IMG/VR virus record: IMGVR_UViG_3300044712_000336
Span: 1-64,000 of that record
Strand: one strand, 5' to 3'
DNA: 64,000 nucleotides
From: a virus
Position numbers and translations under genes: made by a program. Below, in pieces: positions 52,680 to 64,000 of this stretch. The notes under the pieces are model-generated. The model was not told the DNA's origin and did no database searches. It saw only the letters and a list, made by a program, of their open reading frames with translations. Numbering within the stretch: the stretch's first letter is position 1; each line of letters begins with the position of its first letter.

Positions 52680-53239
52680 TAAATTATTATAATAATGGAA
52701 AATCAAAGTTTAGATGAACGTAAGTTAGAAATACAAGAAGATATAAATGATTTAAAATCTAAATTATTAAAATTAGAACAAGAGTTAAAACAACTTCAAG
52801 ATATAGTTGAAGTAACTACTAAAGATTTATATTCTAATATAGAACAATATTTTACTGTAGAAGTGTTTTATAAATCTTATGAACGTATATTAGGCGGTGA
52901 TGGAAGATCTAGTCCTTGGAGTGAAACAGTAAAAGGAAATGTTGCTATAGTTAAATTAAATAATAAATATTATATAACAGAACAACAAAAAGAAATTATA
53001 AAAGAGTACATTTATAATGTATATAAACCAAATAGGATTAGCTTTGAATAATAATACAATAATACAATAATGGAAGAAGAACTACAAAATGAACCAATTA
53101 TTATTGATGGGTATGAATTAGAAGATTGGCCAGATGATGAACCGTCTTGTGAACCAGAGTGTCCAGAATCAACAGAAGATGATGGTATAGAATGTGAATT
53201 TGAAAATAGAGATGGTAGTTGGTGGTGTACTACACATAA

Positions 53240-53812
53240 TTGTTATGCGTAATGAATAATATTGAATTAATTAAACCATTGCTTTCCTTTAATAGCGAAG
53301 ATGATTTCTATCATTTACAAATATTAAAGAGAAAAAAAGAACATCCAGAATTAGGAAGTAATAGTTATGTAGTTAAAACATACTATATAAGATCTATTCA
53401 ACATTTAGAAAATATAATGAATGAAGTTATATGTATATGTGATTTTCATAATGCTAGAGCTTGTATAAACTTGAATAAACGAAGTTTTGAGAAGTTAGCC
53501 TATCAAATGTTAAAGAAAGTTACAGATTGTATATTAAATAAAGATTTTAAATCTGTAAGAAAATCTTATGAAAGTGTATGTGGTAGTTTTAGTAATGAGA
53601 AAGATAATAAGAAATGGATTATTGATGTTGATGATAAAACTACACATAAAGTATTAGAAGAGCATTTTAAATGGATTAATGTTCCTATATTAGCTAATAT
53701 TCCTACTAAGAATGGTTGTCATTTAATAGTAAATCCATTTGATATTAAATTATTTATTACTAAAAGTGATATACATAAGAATAATCCAACATTATTATAC
53801 TTTAAAGATTAA
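53240..53812 (+). CDS. AEP/PrimPol-like protein
   Basis: WIIDVD (motif I) and TKNGCHLI (motif II). Confidence 0.5.
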   Translation: MLCVMNNIELIKPLLSFNSEDDFYHLQILKRKKEHPELGSNSYVVKTYYIRSIQHLENIMNEVICICDFHNARACINLNKRSFEKLAYQMLKKVTDCILNKDFKSVRKSYESVCGSFSNEKDNKKWIIDVDDKTTHKVLEEHFKWINVPILANIPTKNGCHLIVNPFDIKLFITKSDIHKNNPTLLYFKD

Positions 53813-53818
53813 TTAGTA

Positions 53819-54688
53819 ATGCAACATATAACCAAAGAAGAATTTATCAAACGACTGAAAGAAAATAAAGAAGATTTTCAAAGTTTTGATGAAAAGATTG
53901 ATTATAGATTACCAGTAATACAATATTATATCACCAATTATAGTGATATAACTATAGTAAATAATGGAAAACAATTAAACACTAAGAATATAATAATAAC
54001 TATATCAGATAGAGATTTATCATATCCATTAGTAAATTTAGCATTTGAAGGATTAGTAAAACGATTAAATGAATTTGAATAATGCAAGAACAATTAATAT
54101 CAATAGAAACAGCTAAATTAGCTAAAAAGGCTAACTTCTATTTAGAAAGAACTTTACTTTTTAGTAAAGAAGATGGTAATGGTACAATATATTTTGGTAA
54201 TAATACTATTGATTCAGATGAAGAAGTAAAAAGAAAATATTTATCTGGTGAATTTACTGATTTTGAAGGTAATCCAGTATATTTAATAGTAACCCAATCA
54301 TTATTACAAAAATGGTTAAGAGAAGTACATAATATTATTATAGCAGTTGATATAAATTGTTTAGAAAATAGTGGATTTACTTATAATATAGGTAATATTT
54401 TAACTAGAGAAACAATACAAGAAGGTGATGATTTTAATATTTATGAAGAAGCATTAGAAGATGGACTACAAGAAGTATTAAAATTAATTGATAATAATGG
54501 AAAATAACTATAACACACCAATGACACTTACTATTCAAGTTATTAAAGATAAACTCTTTATTAATGGAATAGAAATAGTAAGAATGGAACAAACTGATGG
54601 AGATATTATATACGTATCTAATATTGTAAATGGTAATACTACTATTGTTAATTTAGGTAGTAGTGCAGGAAAGGGTTATACAACATGA
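53819..54688 (+). CDS. Three hypothetical genes
   Basis: Packed ORFs at 53819, 54082, 54488. Confidence 0.55.
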
Positions 54689-54842
54689 TAATAGCTGCAA
54701 TAATAATGTATCTTATAGGAATACCAATTGGATATTGGGGGATTGTTGCAATTAATAATATGATTAATATTAATTTTCCAAAATGGTTATGTATATTTAG
54801 TTTATTTATTATAATTTATATACTAATTAAATACACAAAATT

Positions 54843-55667
54843 ATGAGTAAAGAACTTATGCAATTAAATACAGAAAATTTACTATGGCAAATCCAAACTA
54901 CTACTGATACAAGTAGTGATGATTATAGTAAACTGTATAAACTATATGACAGTGTTACACCTAAAGGAAAATTATCATATTTTCCTGTATCATATAAACA
55001 TTTACATGAACTTACAACTAATTTAATACATAAACATGGTTATATAATATTAGATGTTAAAGTTAAATTAGGTAAATGTAATAAAGATGGCATTATAAAT
55101 ACGTTTATTACTACATTTTCCTTGAGTGGTAAAGGAAATCCATCAGAAGAATATACTAAGATGATAGCAATACAATCATCACATGATAAATCTACAAGTA
55201 TTAGAATTGTTGGTGGGTCTTATGTTAATATATGTACTAATGGAAATATATTTGGTGAAATTATTGAAGTACGTAAACATACTAAAAATGTATTACAGGA
55301 TATAAATGATAAATTTGAATCATGTATTAAAGGATTAGAAAAGAATTATAGTGATTTTGTAATTCTTGCTGATGATTTACGTAAATGTAAAATTACAGCA
55401 AATAGTAGTTACGGTTTAGTAGGTATTATATATTGTTCCTTGAGAGATAATGGGATTGAATTACCATTGAAGATATTAGATAATATTTATAAGAATATGA
55501 CTAAAACTAAACCTACAAATGCTTGGCTACTATATAATATTTATACAGATTGTTTTAAAGAAGTAAATGTAGAATATTATATTAAAGCACATTCAGTATT
55601 ATTAAATGTATTTAAAGACTATGTTGAATTAATTAAAAATAGAAGTAATGGAAGAAAAGAAGGTTAA
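54843..55667 (+). CDS. DUF932-like protein
   Basis: SSHDKSTS...ICTNGN...RKHT...AWLLYNIYT. Confidence 0.6.
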   Translation: MSKELMQLNTENLLWQIQTTTDTSSDDYSKLYKLYDSVTPKGKLSYFPVSYKHLHELTTNLIHKHGYIILDVKVKLGKCNKDGIINTFITTFSLSGKGNPSEEYTKMIAIQSSHDKSTSIRIVGGSYVNICTNGNIFGEIIEVRKHTKNVLQDINDKFESCIKGLEKNYSDFVILADDLRKCKITANSSYGLVGIIYCSLRDNGIELPLKILDNIYKNMTKTKPTNAWLLYNIYTDCFKEVNVEYYIKAHSVLLNVFKDYVELIKNRSNGRKEG

Positions 55668-56127
55668 AATAATACCACCAGAAGGTTGGGAAATTGATAT
55701 TGAAAAATCAAATTTAAGTACTGGTGATATAGTATATCAAGAAATTGTTAAAAATAAACTACCTAAAAGTTGGGGGGAATTAAAAACAATACAAGGATGT
55801 TGGATCGCTAAGGGCTCTAAAATAGGATATGATTATAATATAACATGTACTAATGATAATAAAAACATATTCCCAACTAAAGAATATGCAGAAGCAGTAT
55901 TAGCATTAGCCCAATTATTACAATTAAGAGAAAGATATATAGGTGATTGGAAACCTGATTGGACAAATCCTACTATAAAACATGGTATAAGTAATATTAG
56001 TAATAAATTAGATGAATGTTCATCTTATTATACTAATAAAGTATTATCATTTCCTACACAAGAATTAAGAGATGAATTTTATAATAATTTCCAAGAATTG
56101 TTAGAAACAGCTAAACCATTGTTATAA
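55648..56127 (+). CDS. Hypothetical protein
   Basis: ALAQLLQLR...WKPDW...LSFPT. Confidence 0.65.
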   Translation: MEEKKVKIIPPEGWEIDIEKSNLSTGDIVYQEIVKNKLPKSWGELKTIQGCWIAKGSKIGYDYNITCTNDNKNIFPTKEYAEAVLALAQLLQLRERYIGDWKPDWTNPTIKHGISNISNKLDECSSYYTNKVLSFPTQELRDEFYNNFQELLETAKPLL

Positions 56128-56807
56128 TGCAGGAAAATAGAATTCCTACATTAACTAGAGATATAGCAGAAAATTGGTTTACTAAAACAGAATTAAAACC
56201 ATTAAAAGATTTAATATCATTTGGTAATAGTAAGTTATCTCGTGATGGTTGGGGTAAAGATATAGCAATATTTAACTTAGGTTCAGCTACTAATTGTTAT
56301 AGTAATTTAACTGGACAATGCACAATTGGTAAAAAATGTTATGCTTTAAAAGCAGAGAGACAATACCCAAGAGTATTAAATTATAGAGAGAATCAATCAG
56401 TATATTGGGATAGTATAGATTACTTACAATTTTATAAAGACTTTATGAATATAGTTCAAAAGAGAATTATTAAAATAAAAGCATTAAGATTTAATGAAAG
56501 TGGTGATATAAGGAATTTGGATGATTTAATTAAAATGAGTAATATTGCTGAATTATTATCATTTGTAGATATTAGAGTATATACTTATACAGCTAATAAG
56601 AATGTAATAGATGAAGCGTTTTCATCTAAATATAAATGGCATAATAATTTGGTTATAAATGGTAGTGGATTTATGGTAGATAATTCATTTACAGCAGTTA
56701 AAGAGTTTCCAAATATACCTAATACAAAACATTGTTTAGGTAATTGTGGAATATGTACATTATGTATGATTAAAGGAAATAGTGATATTTACATTAAATT
56801 ACATTAA
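56127..56807 (+). CDS. Gp88-like Cys-rich (radical-SAM-fold-related) protein
   Basis: GNSKL, C..C..CYA, RFNESGD, YTYT, CLGNCGICTLC. Confidence 0.65.
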   Translation: MQENRIPTLTRDIAENWFTKTELKPLKDLISFGNSKLSRDGWGKDIAIFNLGSATNCYSNLTGQCTIGKKCYALKAERQYPRVLNYRENQSVYWDSIDYLQFYKDFMNIVQKRIIKIKALRFNESGDIRNLDDLIKMSNIAELLSFVDIRVYTYTANKNVIDEAFSSKYKWHNNLVINGSGFMVDNSFTAVKEFPNIPNTKHCLGNCGICTLCMIKGNSDIYIKLH

Positions 56808-56830
56808 TAACAATTAAAAAATTAAACAAA

Positions 56831-57160
56831 ATGGGTAAAATAGTAATTATTCCTACAGAGGATAACAAAAAGAAAGTAGCATATAAATCTTCTAATAATG
56901 GAAGAGTTGAAGAGTTATCAGAAATGAATTATAAACATTTTCAAAACGCTTTTGATAAATGGAATAAAGATAATAATACAGATCATACTTATAATGCAAT
57001 TAGACAATATCCTGATGAAGCATTAATTTGTTTAGTATTAAGTGGAGAAGCTGCTAAACGAGTACTACTTGAACGTGATTGGTCTAAAAATAAAGAATTA
57101 GAAGAATTACAAGCAAAAGTAGATGAATTACAAAAACAAATTAATGCTTTTAAAGCATAA
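56831..57160 (+). CDS. Hypothetical protein
   Basis: Strong A-rich leader. Confidence 0.6.
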   Translation: MGKIVIIPTEDNKKKVAYKSSNNGRVEELSEMNYKHFQNAFDKWNKDNNTDHTYNAIRQYPDEALICLVLSGEAAKRVLLERDWSKNKELEELQAKVDELQKQINAFKA

Positions 57161-57181
57161 TAGTTAATTTAAGTAAGCTAT

Positions 57182-58042
57182 ATGTATAATCCAATAATTG
57201 ATGGGGATGGTATAATATATGCCATCTCCTCTACTTTAGATAATCAATATTTAGGATGTATTGATTCCGAAGGTAACTTTCTACCAAAAGTATCAATTGT
57301 AGATAAGTTAGCAAAAGACTATTTACAAAAGAAAATGCGTAGTATATTAAATTTTGTACAAGCAAATAGATATATTATATTATATCATGGCTCAAATGAC
57401 TATAGAACAACTATTGATAAGTCTTATAAATCACATAGAAAAGAAAAACCAATAGGATTAAATAGGGTAAGACAATTATTAATAGATAGATATAAAGCTA
57501 TTAAAGTTGAACATATTGAAACAGATGATGCATGTTGTATTACGTATATTCATTATAATACACCAGAAATGATTAAATTATATGGTATTCCTATATTATG
57601 TCATAGTGATAAAGACTTAAAACAAATTACAGGTAAACACTTAATATTACCAAAAAATCATAATCAAAGTCTTGAAATTCAAGATATTTCTGATAAAGAA
57701 AGTACACATAATTTAATATTACAATTATTAATGGGGGATTCCACAGATACAATACATGGTATTGAAGGAATCGGTGTAGCTAAAGCGTTAGATATTATAA
57801 GGGGTGTAGTTACTAAAGGTATTGATGGAACAATCTATGAGAATGATTTATTTAAATATTTAAAAGATTCAGGAAGAAATGATAGTAAATTATTCCAAAT
57901 AGCATTAGATTGTTATATTAAAAGATATGGTAGTATTAAAGGTACTTATGAATTTGCTACTAACTTTTTACAAGTATTCATGTTAAGAGATACAAGTAAG
58001 AAAGACTTTGAAATCCCTAACTATATAAAGATAAAAAGATGA
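57182..58042 (+). CDS. 5'-3' exonuclease / flap endonuclease
   Basis: IIDGD, YKSHR, ETDD, DKDL, GDSTDTIHGIEGIG. Confidence 0.88.
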   Translation: MYNPIIDGDGIIYAISSTLDNQYLGCIDSEGNFLPKVSIVDKLAKDYLQKKMRSILNFVQANRYIILYHGSNDYRTTIDKSYKSHRKEKPIGLNRVRQLLIDRYKAIKVEHIETDDACCITYIHYNTPEMIKLYGIPILCHSDKDLKQITGKHLILPKNHNQSLEIQDISDKESTHNLILQLLMGDSTDTIHGIEGIGVAKALDIIRGVVTKGIDGTIYENDLFKYLKDSGRNDSKLFQIALDCYIKRYGSIKGTYEFATNFLQVFMLRDTSKKDFEIPNYIKIKR

Positions 58043-58695
58043 TATTCTGCCCTACTTATAATAAAACAACAATGTTAATATTACCATTAACAGGGTTGAG
58101 AATATCTGATTATGAATTTTATTACTATGATGCTTATTTGGGTAATGATAAATTTGAAAGTCTTAATAATAAGAATGTAATATTTTTAAAGTTATCAATT
58201 AATTTACCATTTGAAAGTAGTAATACTTTAAAAGAAATGATAAATTATGTAACAGATTATTCCTACATTGGTAATGATGGAAAAGAGTATCAAATTTATG
58301 TAATGAGAATATTAGATAAATATATAGATTCTTTTAGGATGATATTATTAGGTAATTATTCAGGATTATCAGATGAAGTAAAGATGTTAATACAATCATC
58401 ATTCTCACCAAGTACTTCTAATAATATATATAGAATGTATTTAGCTAAAGTATTATACCCAACACAAAGTGAATTTGAGTATATATTTGAAACATTAATA
58501 AGTAATATAGACCATGTTTCTACTAATTGGCGCAAATATAGAACATTATTAAAACAAGCATTATTAGAAGGAAGACAAGTTGAGTCAAAGATTAACCTTA
58601 CTAAAGAATGGTTAAAATCATATAGTGATATAAATAAACAATTTATTAATAAAGATAATAATTTTAATGATGTATGTACAGCTACTCAAAATTAA
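58039..58695 (+). CDS. Conserved hypothetical protein
   Basis: NKTTMLILP, GNYS. Confidence 0.6.
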   Translation: MIFCPTYNKTTMLILPLTGLRISDYEFYYYDAYLGNDKFESLNNKNVIFLKLSINLPFESSNTLKEMINYVTDYSYIGNDGKEYQIYVMRILDKYIDSFRMILLGNYSGLSDEVKMLIQSSFSPSTSNNIYRMYLAKVLYPTQSEFEYIFETLISNIDHVSTNWRKYRTLLKQALLEGRQVESKINLTKEWLKSYSDINKQFINKDNNFNDVCTATQN

Positions 58696-59016
58696 ATGGG
58701 AAATATATGTACTTTTTAGATCGCGCAATTGATTGGTTATTAAAAACTAATATAAATGCAACAACAGGTGATGCAATAAAACTAGCTAATAAAAACTATA
58801 ATACATGGCAAAAGATAAAGGGTTAATTGAGGTAATAGATATTATATCAAATTCAAAACATATTATATCAGCAACTATAACTACTGATAAAACTAAAACA
58901 ATTATAAATAAAAGTAATGATAAAATTCCATCAAAACCAAAAGGTAATTATGAGTGGAATGGTAAGAATTGGGAAGAAACAGATGAAGATGGTATTTTCT
59001 TAGATCCACATTAACT

Positions 59017-60195
59017 ATGAATAGAATATCAGCACAAATTATAGCAGATTCTATATCACCACAAGGTGATAGGATTACTACTTATATATTAAAATTTCCA
59101 AGAATAATACTTGCAGAAGCTAAAACACATAGAATAATATCAGGATTACATGGTGATATAGAAATATTGGAAGATATTAGTTTAAATGGTTTTAGAGAAG
59201 GTAGTAAAAATTCAGCGAGTAGTAGAGCAATACCATTTGAAAAGATAGTTAAGATGGTAGAGGAAGAACCATTTATTCCTATAGCATGGCAAAAAGACCA
59301 TAAAGGTATGCAAGGAAGTAAATATTTTACTGATATAGATAAAGCAAGTGTAGTAGATGGACATTATCCTGATAGTTTAAGAGAGTTACAAAGAAATTGG
59401 TTAAAAGCTAGAGATGAAGCTATTAAACAAGCTAAAAAATTAAATTCTTTAGGATTAACTAAACAATTATGTAATAGATTACTTGAACCATATATGTACC
59501 ATACTGTACTTGTAACTGCTACAGAATGGAGTAATTTCTTTGATTTGAGATGTCCTAAATATATAGATCCATCTGGTAAATCGTTTAAAAGTAAGAAAGA
59601 TTATAGAAATAATTCTAAATGGTCTTGTTGTGAAGATAATGAAGATGATATTATAGGATGGTTAGAATGTAATAATTCACAAGCTGAAATACATATACAA
59701 GATTTAGCTGAAAAGATGTGGGATGCTTATAATGCAAGTAAACCTAAAGAATTAAAAGAAGATGAATGGCATATACCATTTGGTGATAAAATGGATTCTG
59801 ATCAAATTTACAAAGCTACTTATTATAGAGAAGGGATAAATAAACTTTCCATTAATAGAACTAAAATTAAGATAGCAACCGCGAGATGTGCCAGATTATC
59901 ATATATGACATTTGATGGTGATATTGATTATGAAAAAGATATTAGATTACATGATCAATTATTAGAGAATCATCATTATAGTTGCTTTGAACATTGTGCT
60001 CGTGTAATGACTGAAAAGGAATATGAATCTTTTTATAAAGGTAAATTACATCCTCGTACAATTACAACTTCTGGAACAGGAAGATTGAGTGCTGATGAAG
60101 ATTGGGAAGTCTTTGAAACAGGTGATGGTATAGGTTGGTGTAATAATTTCAAAGGATTTATTTCATATAGATATTTAATTGAAAATAAATTATGA
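59017..60195 (+). CDS. thyX: FAD-dependent thymidylate synthase (phage-type, with insertions)
   Basis: PRIILAEAKTHR...NSASSRAIP, KQLCNRLLEP, FFDLR, SQAEI, ARCARLSY, FEH. Confidence 0.85.
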   Translation: MNRISAQIIADSISPQGDRITTYILKFPRIILAEAKTHRIISGLHGDIEILEDISLNGFREGSKNSASSRAIPFEKIVKMVEEEPFIPIAWQKDHKGMQGSKYFTDIDKASVVDGHYPDSLRELQRNWLKARDEAIKQAKKLNSLGLTKQLCNRLLEPYMYHTVLVTATEWSNFFDLRCPKYIDPSGKSFKSKKDYRNNSKWSCCEDNEDDIIGWLECNNSQAEIHIQDLAEKMWDAYNASKPKELKEDEWHIPFGDKMDSDQIYKATYYREGINKLSINRTKIKIATARCARLSYMTFDGDIDYEKDIRLHDQLLENHHYSCFEHCARVMTEKEYESFYKGKLHPRTITTSGTGRLSADEDWEVFETGDGIGWCNNFKGFISYRYLIENKL

Positions 60196-60843
60196 TTAAA
60201 GAAGTAATACAAGGTAAGATTGATTTATTAATAGAATTTTTAGATTTATCACAAGGTACATTTGATAGTAGAAATTTTATTGAAGATAAAATATTAATAC
60301 TACAAGAACAACTACAACAAGCTAAATCTATTGAAAATATTAAACAAGAAGAGTATCAACGTGGATTTACAGATACTATGAATCAATATAAACAAGTTAT
60401 GTTAGATAATATGGAAAAAGCATTTGAAGCAGGCAGAGAAGAAGAATATACTACTAATTTAGGAAGTAGTGAACAATTAAAATATGAAACATTTGAAGAT
60501 TATTTAAAACGAAATGAAATTAAGTAAAACTGAACAATTAATATTAAATAGTTTAGTAGTTAGTGAGGGAAAATCATGTCGTTTTCCTTCATTGATTACA
60601 GAAACATTTTATATTGATACAAAAGGTGCAGAATTATATAAATTAATTCAAAGAATTGAATTAGATATAAGACTATTAAGTAAAGAACAATATGGAGATA
60701 ATATAATACCACAAGTGTATAAACAATATAATATTAAATCATATAAAGGATTAATTAAATTCCTTAATACTTGTAGATATTTATTTATGAAATTATATCC
60801 AGAATTAGCAGAAGAAGTACATTAATAATAAAAATAAATAACA

Positions 60844-61974
60844 ATGAAACTTAAAGAAAAACAAGAATTAGCAAAAAAGTTAAGTAATTTACATAACTAT
60901 ACATTAGAAGAAATAGTTAATTTAGTAAATACAGGAAAAGCCCCTAAATACTTACTTACTGATACAAGAAAAGTTAGTATTACTGGTATAAAGAAATTTG
61001 TAGATAAATATAGTTTTAATAAGAATATAACAGCTAAAGTGGAACCAACTGTTGTAAATAATTATAATGAGTATGTACTATTAATTGATAATAGTGGTAG
61101 TACTAATAGTATTGCTAAACAAATTGAAAATGGTGTAAACTCGTTTGTAACTAATTTAGCAAAACAAGATAAGGATGCTATGGTTAATTTAGTTAAGTTT
61201 AGTAGTGGTAATTATACACAAACAAGATTAACTAATGTCAATAATATTTATTCTTATCACCATAACGCTTGTGGTAGCACACCATTAACTAAAACAATAT
61301 ATGATTTCCTACAAAAAGGTAATATTAATACTACAATTGTAGTGTTTACTGACGGTGAATGTGATGAAGGAAGACATGGTTCAAATAGAATTAAAGATTT
61401 AGTATCTAACTATAAAGGAACAATTGTATTTATTGGAACAGGAGAACATTACGCTAAAAAAGCTGGTATTAAAGATGGTAATATCTTAACATTTGAAGCA
61501 TCTATATCAGGTACTATTAAAGCATATCAAGAATTAGTTGAAGCTAGTGTAGAACATACTAAAGGTATTAAAGAAGGTAAAGATATGAGTAAAGAAGACT
61601 TCTTCAAAACTAAAACGGAATTAGCCACTATGTTAAAGAAGAGTGCTAATATTGATATGACTGTTTGTTATGAAAAGAAGATGAGTAAAGAACAGAAAGA
61701 AAGTAATATTAAAGAAGCAAAAGAATATTTTGATAATATATCAAGACAGAGGTTGTATAGAATTTCTGATATAGATTATAATAAATTATTTAATATTATG
61801 AATAAAGTAGAAGAACGTGTATTATTTGGTAAACATGATGGAACAATTAACGAATTTGGTAGATATAAATTTATTGAATACAATAGTAAGACACCAAAAA
61901 ATCCACATCGAGAAGTTAATCCAGATACAATTCTTTGGATTGAAGTTAAAGGAAAACGTTACAATAAGAAATAA
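60844..61974 (+). CDS. vWA domain protein
   Basis: MIDAS LIDNSGS, GSTPL, VFTDG. Confidence 0.8.
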   Translation: MKLKEKQELAKKLSNLHNYTLEEIVNLVNTGKAPKYLLTDTRKVSITGIKKFVDKYSFNKNITAKVEPTVVNNYNEYVLLIDNSGSTNSIAKQIENGVNSFVTNLAKQDKDAMVNLVKFSSGNYTQTRLTNVNNIYSYHHNACGSTPLTKTIYDFLQKGNINTTIVVFTDGECDEGRHGSNRIKDLVSNYKGTIVFIGTGEHYAKKAGIKDGNILTFEASISGTIKAYQELVEASVEHTKGIKEGKDMSKEDFFKTKTELATMLKKSANIDMTVCYEKKMSKEQKESNIKEAKEYFDNISRQRLYRISDIDYNKLFNIMNKVEERVLFGKHDGTINEFGRYKFIEYNSKTPKNPHREVNPDTILWIEVKGKRYNKK

Positions 61975-62290
61975 TAAAGTATAAAAATGGGTTGGGGAAC
62001 TTCTTTTACAATAGAAATATATCTAAGTAAAAAGATATATAATTCAAAAAGTGAATTAATTGACGAAATAGACCAATTAAAAGATTATATAAATACCAGT
62101 AAGGAAAGAATATTACAATATGCTTCAAGTAATATTAAAGATATATTACCAGAAGAATATAAAAATAATCCTTTAGAATGGGTACATTTAGAAGTTACTG
62201 ATATAATGTCTGATTTAATAGAAAATACAAAAGAGTTACAATTATTAACTTTATACTTAGAGGAATTTGATAATCTAAATAACATAAAGA

Positions 62291-62848
62291 ATGAGTAAAA
62301 CAAAAGAAATGTTAGATGAGATACAGGAAAATGTAATGATTCCTATTGAAGATATTCCTATAGTAAAATATACAGAATTATTTGAAGATACATTATCATA
62401 TCGTAAACATCCAGGTGATGCTTGTGATGATATTAAATGTAATTGTGATATTAAATTAGAAGGTGATAATATCATATACATATTACACTTCGGTACTGAA
62501 ATACCTAAAGGATATTCCATTAGGTTACATCCAAGAAGTAGTGTTAGAGATTATGATTTAATACTAACTAATTGTGAAGGGGTAATTGATGCTGAATATA
62601 GGGATAGTTATCAAGTATCATTTAAGATATATACAAATGATATATTCAAATTAATTAAACTTAAATTGTTAAAATTAACTAATAGATGGACTATTAATAA
62701 TATATCGAAGGTTATTAAGATATATGATATTGGTGAACGTATAATTCAAGCAGAGTTAGTTAAGAATTTACAGTTTAAATGGGTATTAGTTGATGAACTT
62801 GATATGACTAATGATAGAGGTGGTGGTCATGGAAGTACAGGAAAATAA
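62291..62848 (+). CDS. dut: dUTPase (trimeric type)
   Basis: GDACDD, PRSS, GVIDAEYR, GERIIQ, RGGGHGSTG. Confidence 0.88.
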   Translation: MSKTKEMLDEIQENVMIPIEDIPIVKYTELFEDTLSYRKHPGDACDDIKCNCDIKLEGDNIIYILHFGTEIPKGYSIRLHPRSSVRDYDLILTNCEGVIDAEYRDSYQVSFKIYTNDIFKLIKLKLLKLTNRWTINNISKVIKIYDIGERIIQAELVKNLQFKWVLVDELDMTNDRGGGHGSTGK

Positions 62849-62857
62849 ATTAATTAT

Positions 62858-63556
62858 ATGAGTAAACATTGCCCAATAATGCAAAGAATGAAATCTAACT
62901 ATGAAGATAGATATAGATTTCATTTAACAAGAAGAACACCAATAATTATAAGATTAGATGGTAAAGCATTTCATACTTATACTAAAAATCTAAATAAACC
63001 ATTTGATATAGGTTTAATTGAGGATATGCAGAATACTACTAAATTTTTATGTGAAAATATACAAGGTACAAAAATAGGTTATACTCAATCTGATGAAATA
63101 AGTATATTAATAACTGATTATGATACTATAGATACAGCAGCGTGGTTTGATTATAACGTACAAAAAATATGTAGTATTAGTAGTAGTTTAGCTACTGCTT
63201 ACTTTAATCAATTAAGGAGAGAAAGAGAAATATATAAATTAGCTTATTTTGATAGTAGAGTATTTAATATTCCAAGAGAAGAAGTATCAAATTATTTTTT
63301 AGCCAGACAAAAAGATGCTGTAAGAAATAGTATATCAATGTTGGCTCAATCATTATATTCACATAAACAATTAGAATATAAGAATATTAATGATATGCAG
63401 GAAATGTGTTTTCAAAAAGGATATAATTGGAATGATTTGGAATATTATAAAAAAAGAGGTAGTACTATTATTAAAAATAATGAATGGATTAATATAGAAA
63501 CACCATTGATATTTACACATGAGTATTTTGAACAATTTGTAAATATTTATATATAA
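62858..63556 (+). CDS. thg1: tRNA(His) guanylyltransferase Thg1-like protein
   Basis: RLDGKAFH, YTQSDEIS, FDSR, RQKDAVRNS. Confidence 0.9.
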   Translation: MSKHCPIMQRMKSNYEDRYRFHLTRRTPIIIRLDGKAFHTYTKNLNKPFDIGLIEDMQNTTKFLCENIQGTKIGYTQSDEISILITDYDTIDTAAWFDYNVQKICSISSSLATAYFNQLRREREIYKLAYFDSRVFNIPREEVSNYFLARQKDAVRNSISMLAQSLYSHKQLEYKNINDMQEMCFQKGYNWNDLEYYKKRGSTIIKNNEWINIETPLIFTHEYFEQFVNIYI

Positions 63557-63769
63557 TGCCAAAAAAACAACCAAAGTGGATAGAAGATGAAGTAAATACT
63601 TCTAAATCTAATAATATATTATATATGTTATGTAGATGTGGTGAAATGGTACGTATGTATATTAGTGATAAATTTGGATCATGTCATAATTGTGGAAATG
63701 ATGTACCAAATGATGAGTATAAAGAAAGAATTAGTTACGAAGAATAAATAATAATTAAATTAAATTAAA

Positions 63770-63985
63770 ATGGATAAAATATTTGAAGGTATTAGTACAA
63801 TATTAGCTTTTATATTGGTCATAATAATATTAGGATTACTATTAGGTTTTCCTATAATGTGGATGTGGAATTATATAATGCCTGCTTTATTTGGGCTTAA
63901 ATGTATAAACTTTTATCAAGCATTAGTACTATATGGTTTAACCAGTATTCTATTTAAAGACGGTATGTCTTCAAAAAAAGAATAA
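63770..63985 (+). CDS. Small membrane protein
   Basis: Hydrophobic; MWMWNYIMPALFGL..INFYQA. Confidence 0.65.
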   Translation: MDKIFEGISTILAFILVIIILGLLLGFPIMWMWNYIMPALFGLKCINFYQALVLYGLTSILFKDGMSSKKE

Positions 63986-64000
63986 ACAATAAATCCTCAC

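Noticed and set aside
41405-61974. MoxR-vWA chaperone pair
   Set aside because: The AAA protein lacks recognisable MoxR motifs and lies 18 kb from the vWA gene
3210-63574. Short antisense ORFs in the track (e.g. 3210-3398, 16957-17238, 31082-31489, 44328-44624)
   Set aside because: They are shadows of longer genes on the opposite strand, with no motifs or leaders
1-64000. Stop-codon reassignment as seen in some crAss-like phages
   Set aside because: Core genes are full length in code 11, and TAG/TGA act as stops at sensible gene ends

Overview
This window is a very AT-rich segment of a crAss-like (Crassvirales-type) phage genome, read in the standard genetic code. Four exact or near-exact Bacteroidota TTTG-N20-TAnnTTTG promoters point to a Bacteroidota host. 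From 1 to 16.6 kb (minus strand) lie the head and packaging genes (MCP, portal, TerL), followed by a DEDDh exonuclease, a GIY-YIG endonuclease, ferritin, a glycosyltransferase, a methyltransferase, a DUF1599-like protein and a PD-(D/E)XK nuclease. After a strand switch near 16.7 kb everything is on the plus strand. From 17.7 to 23.1 kb is a largely non-coding region. It opens with a textbook twister ribozyme, closes with a type II hammerhead-like ribozyme, and between them holds a back-to-back array of RNA modules closed by 8-15 bp stems, truncated tRNA-like elements and small membrane peptides. Further downstream are tRNA halves bracketing a self-promoted HNH gene and the replication/nucleotide genes (UDG, PolB, DnaB-like helicase, primase, 5'-3' exonuclease, ThyX, dUTPase, Thg1). 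This part also carries a Tad2-like anti-defence protein, a pyruvoyl-dependent arginine decarboxylase, and a cluster of three proteins sharing an N-terminal FETNSSSTHS motif directly followed by a radical SAM enzyme. The ribozyme-bracketed RNA array and the FETNSSSTHS/radical SAM cluster are the best candidates for undescribed systems. All calls come from reading motifs by eye; no searches were run.
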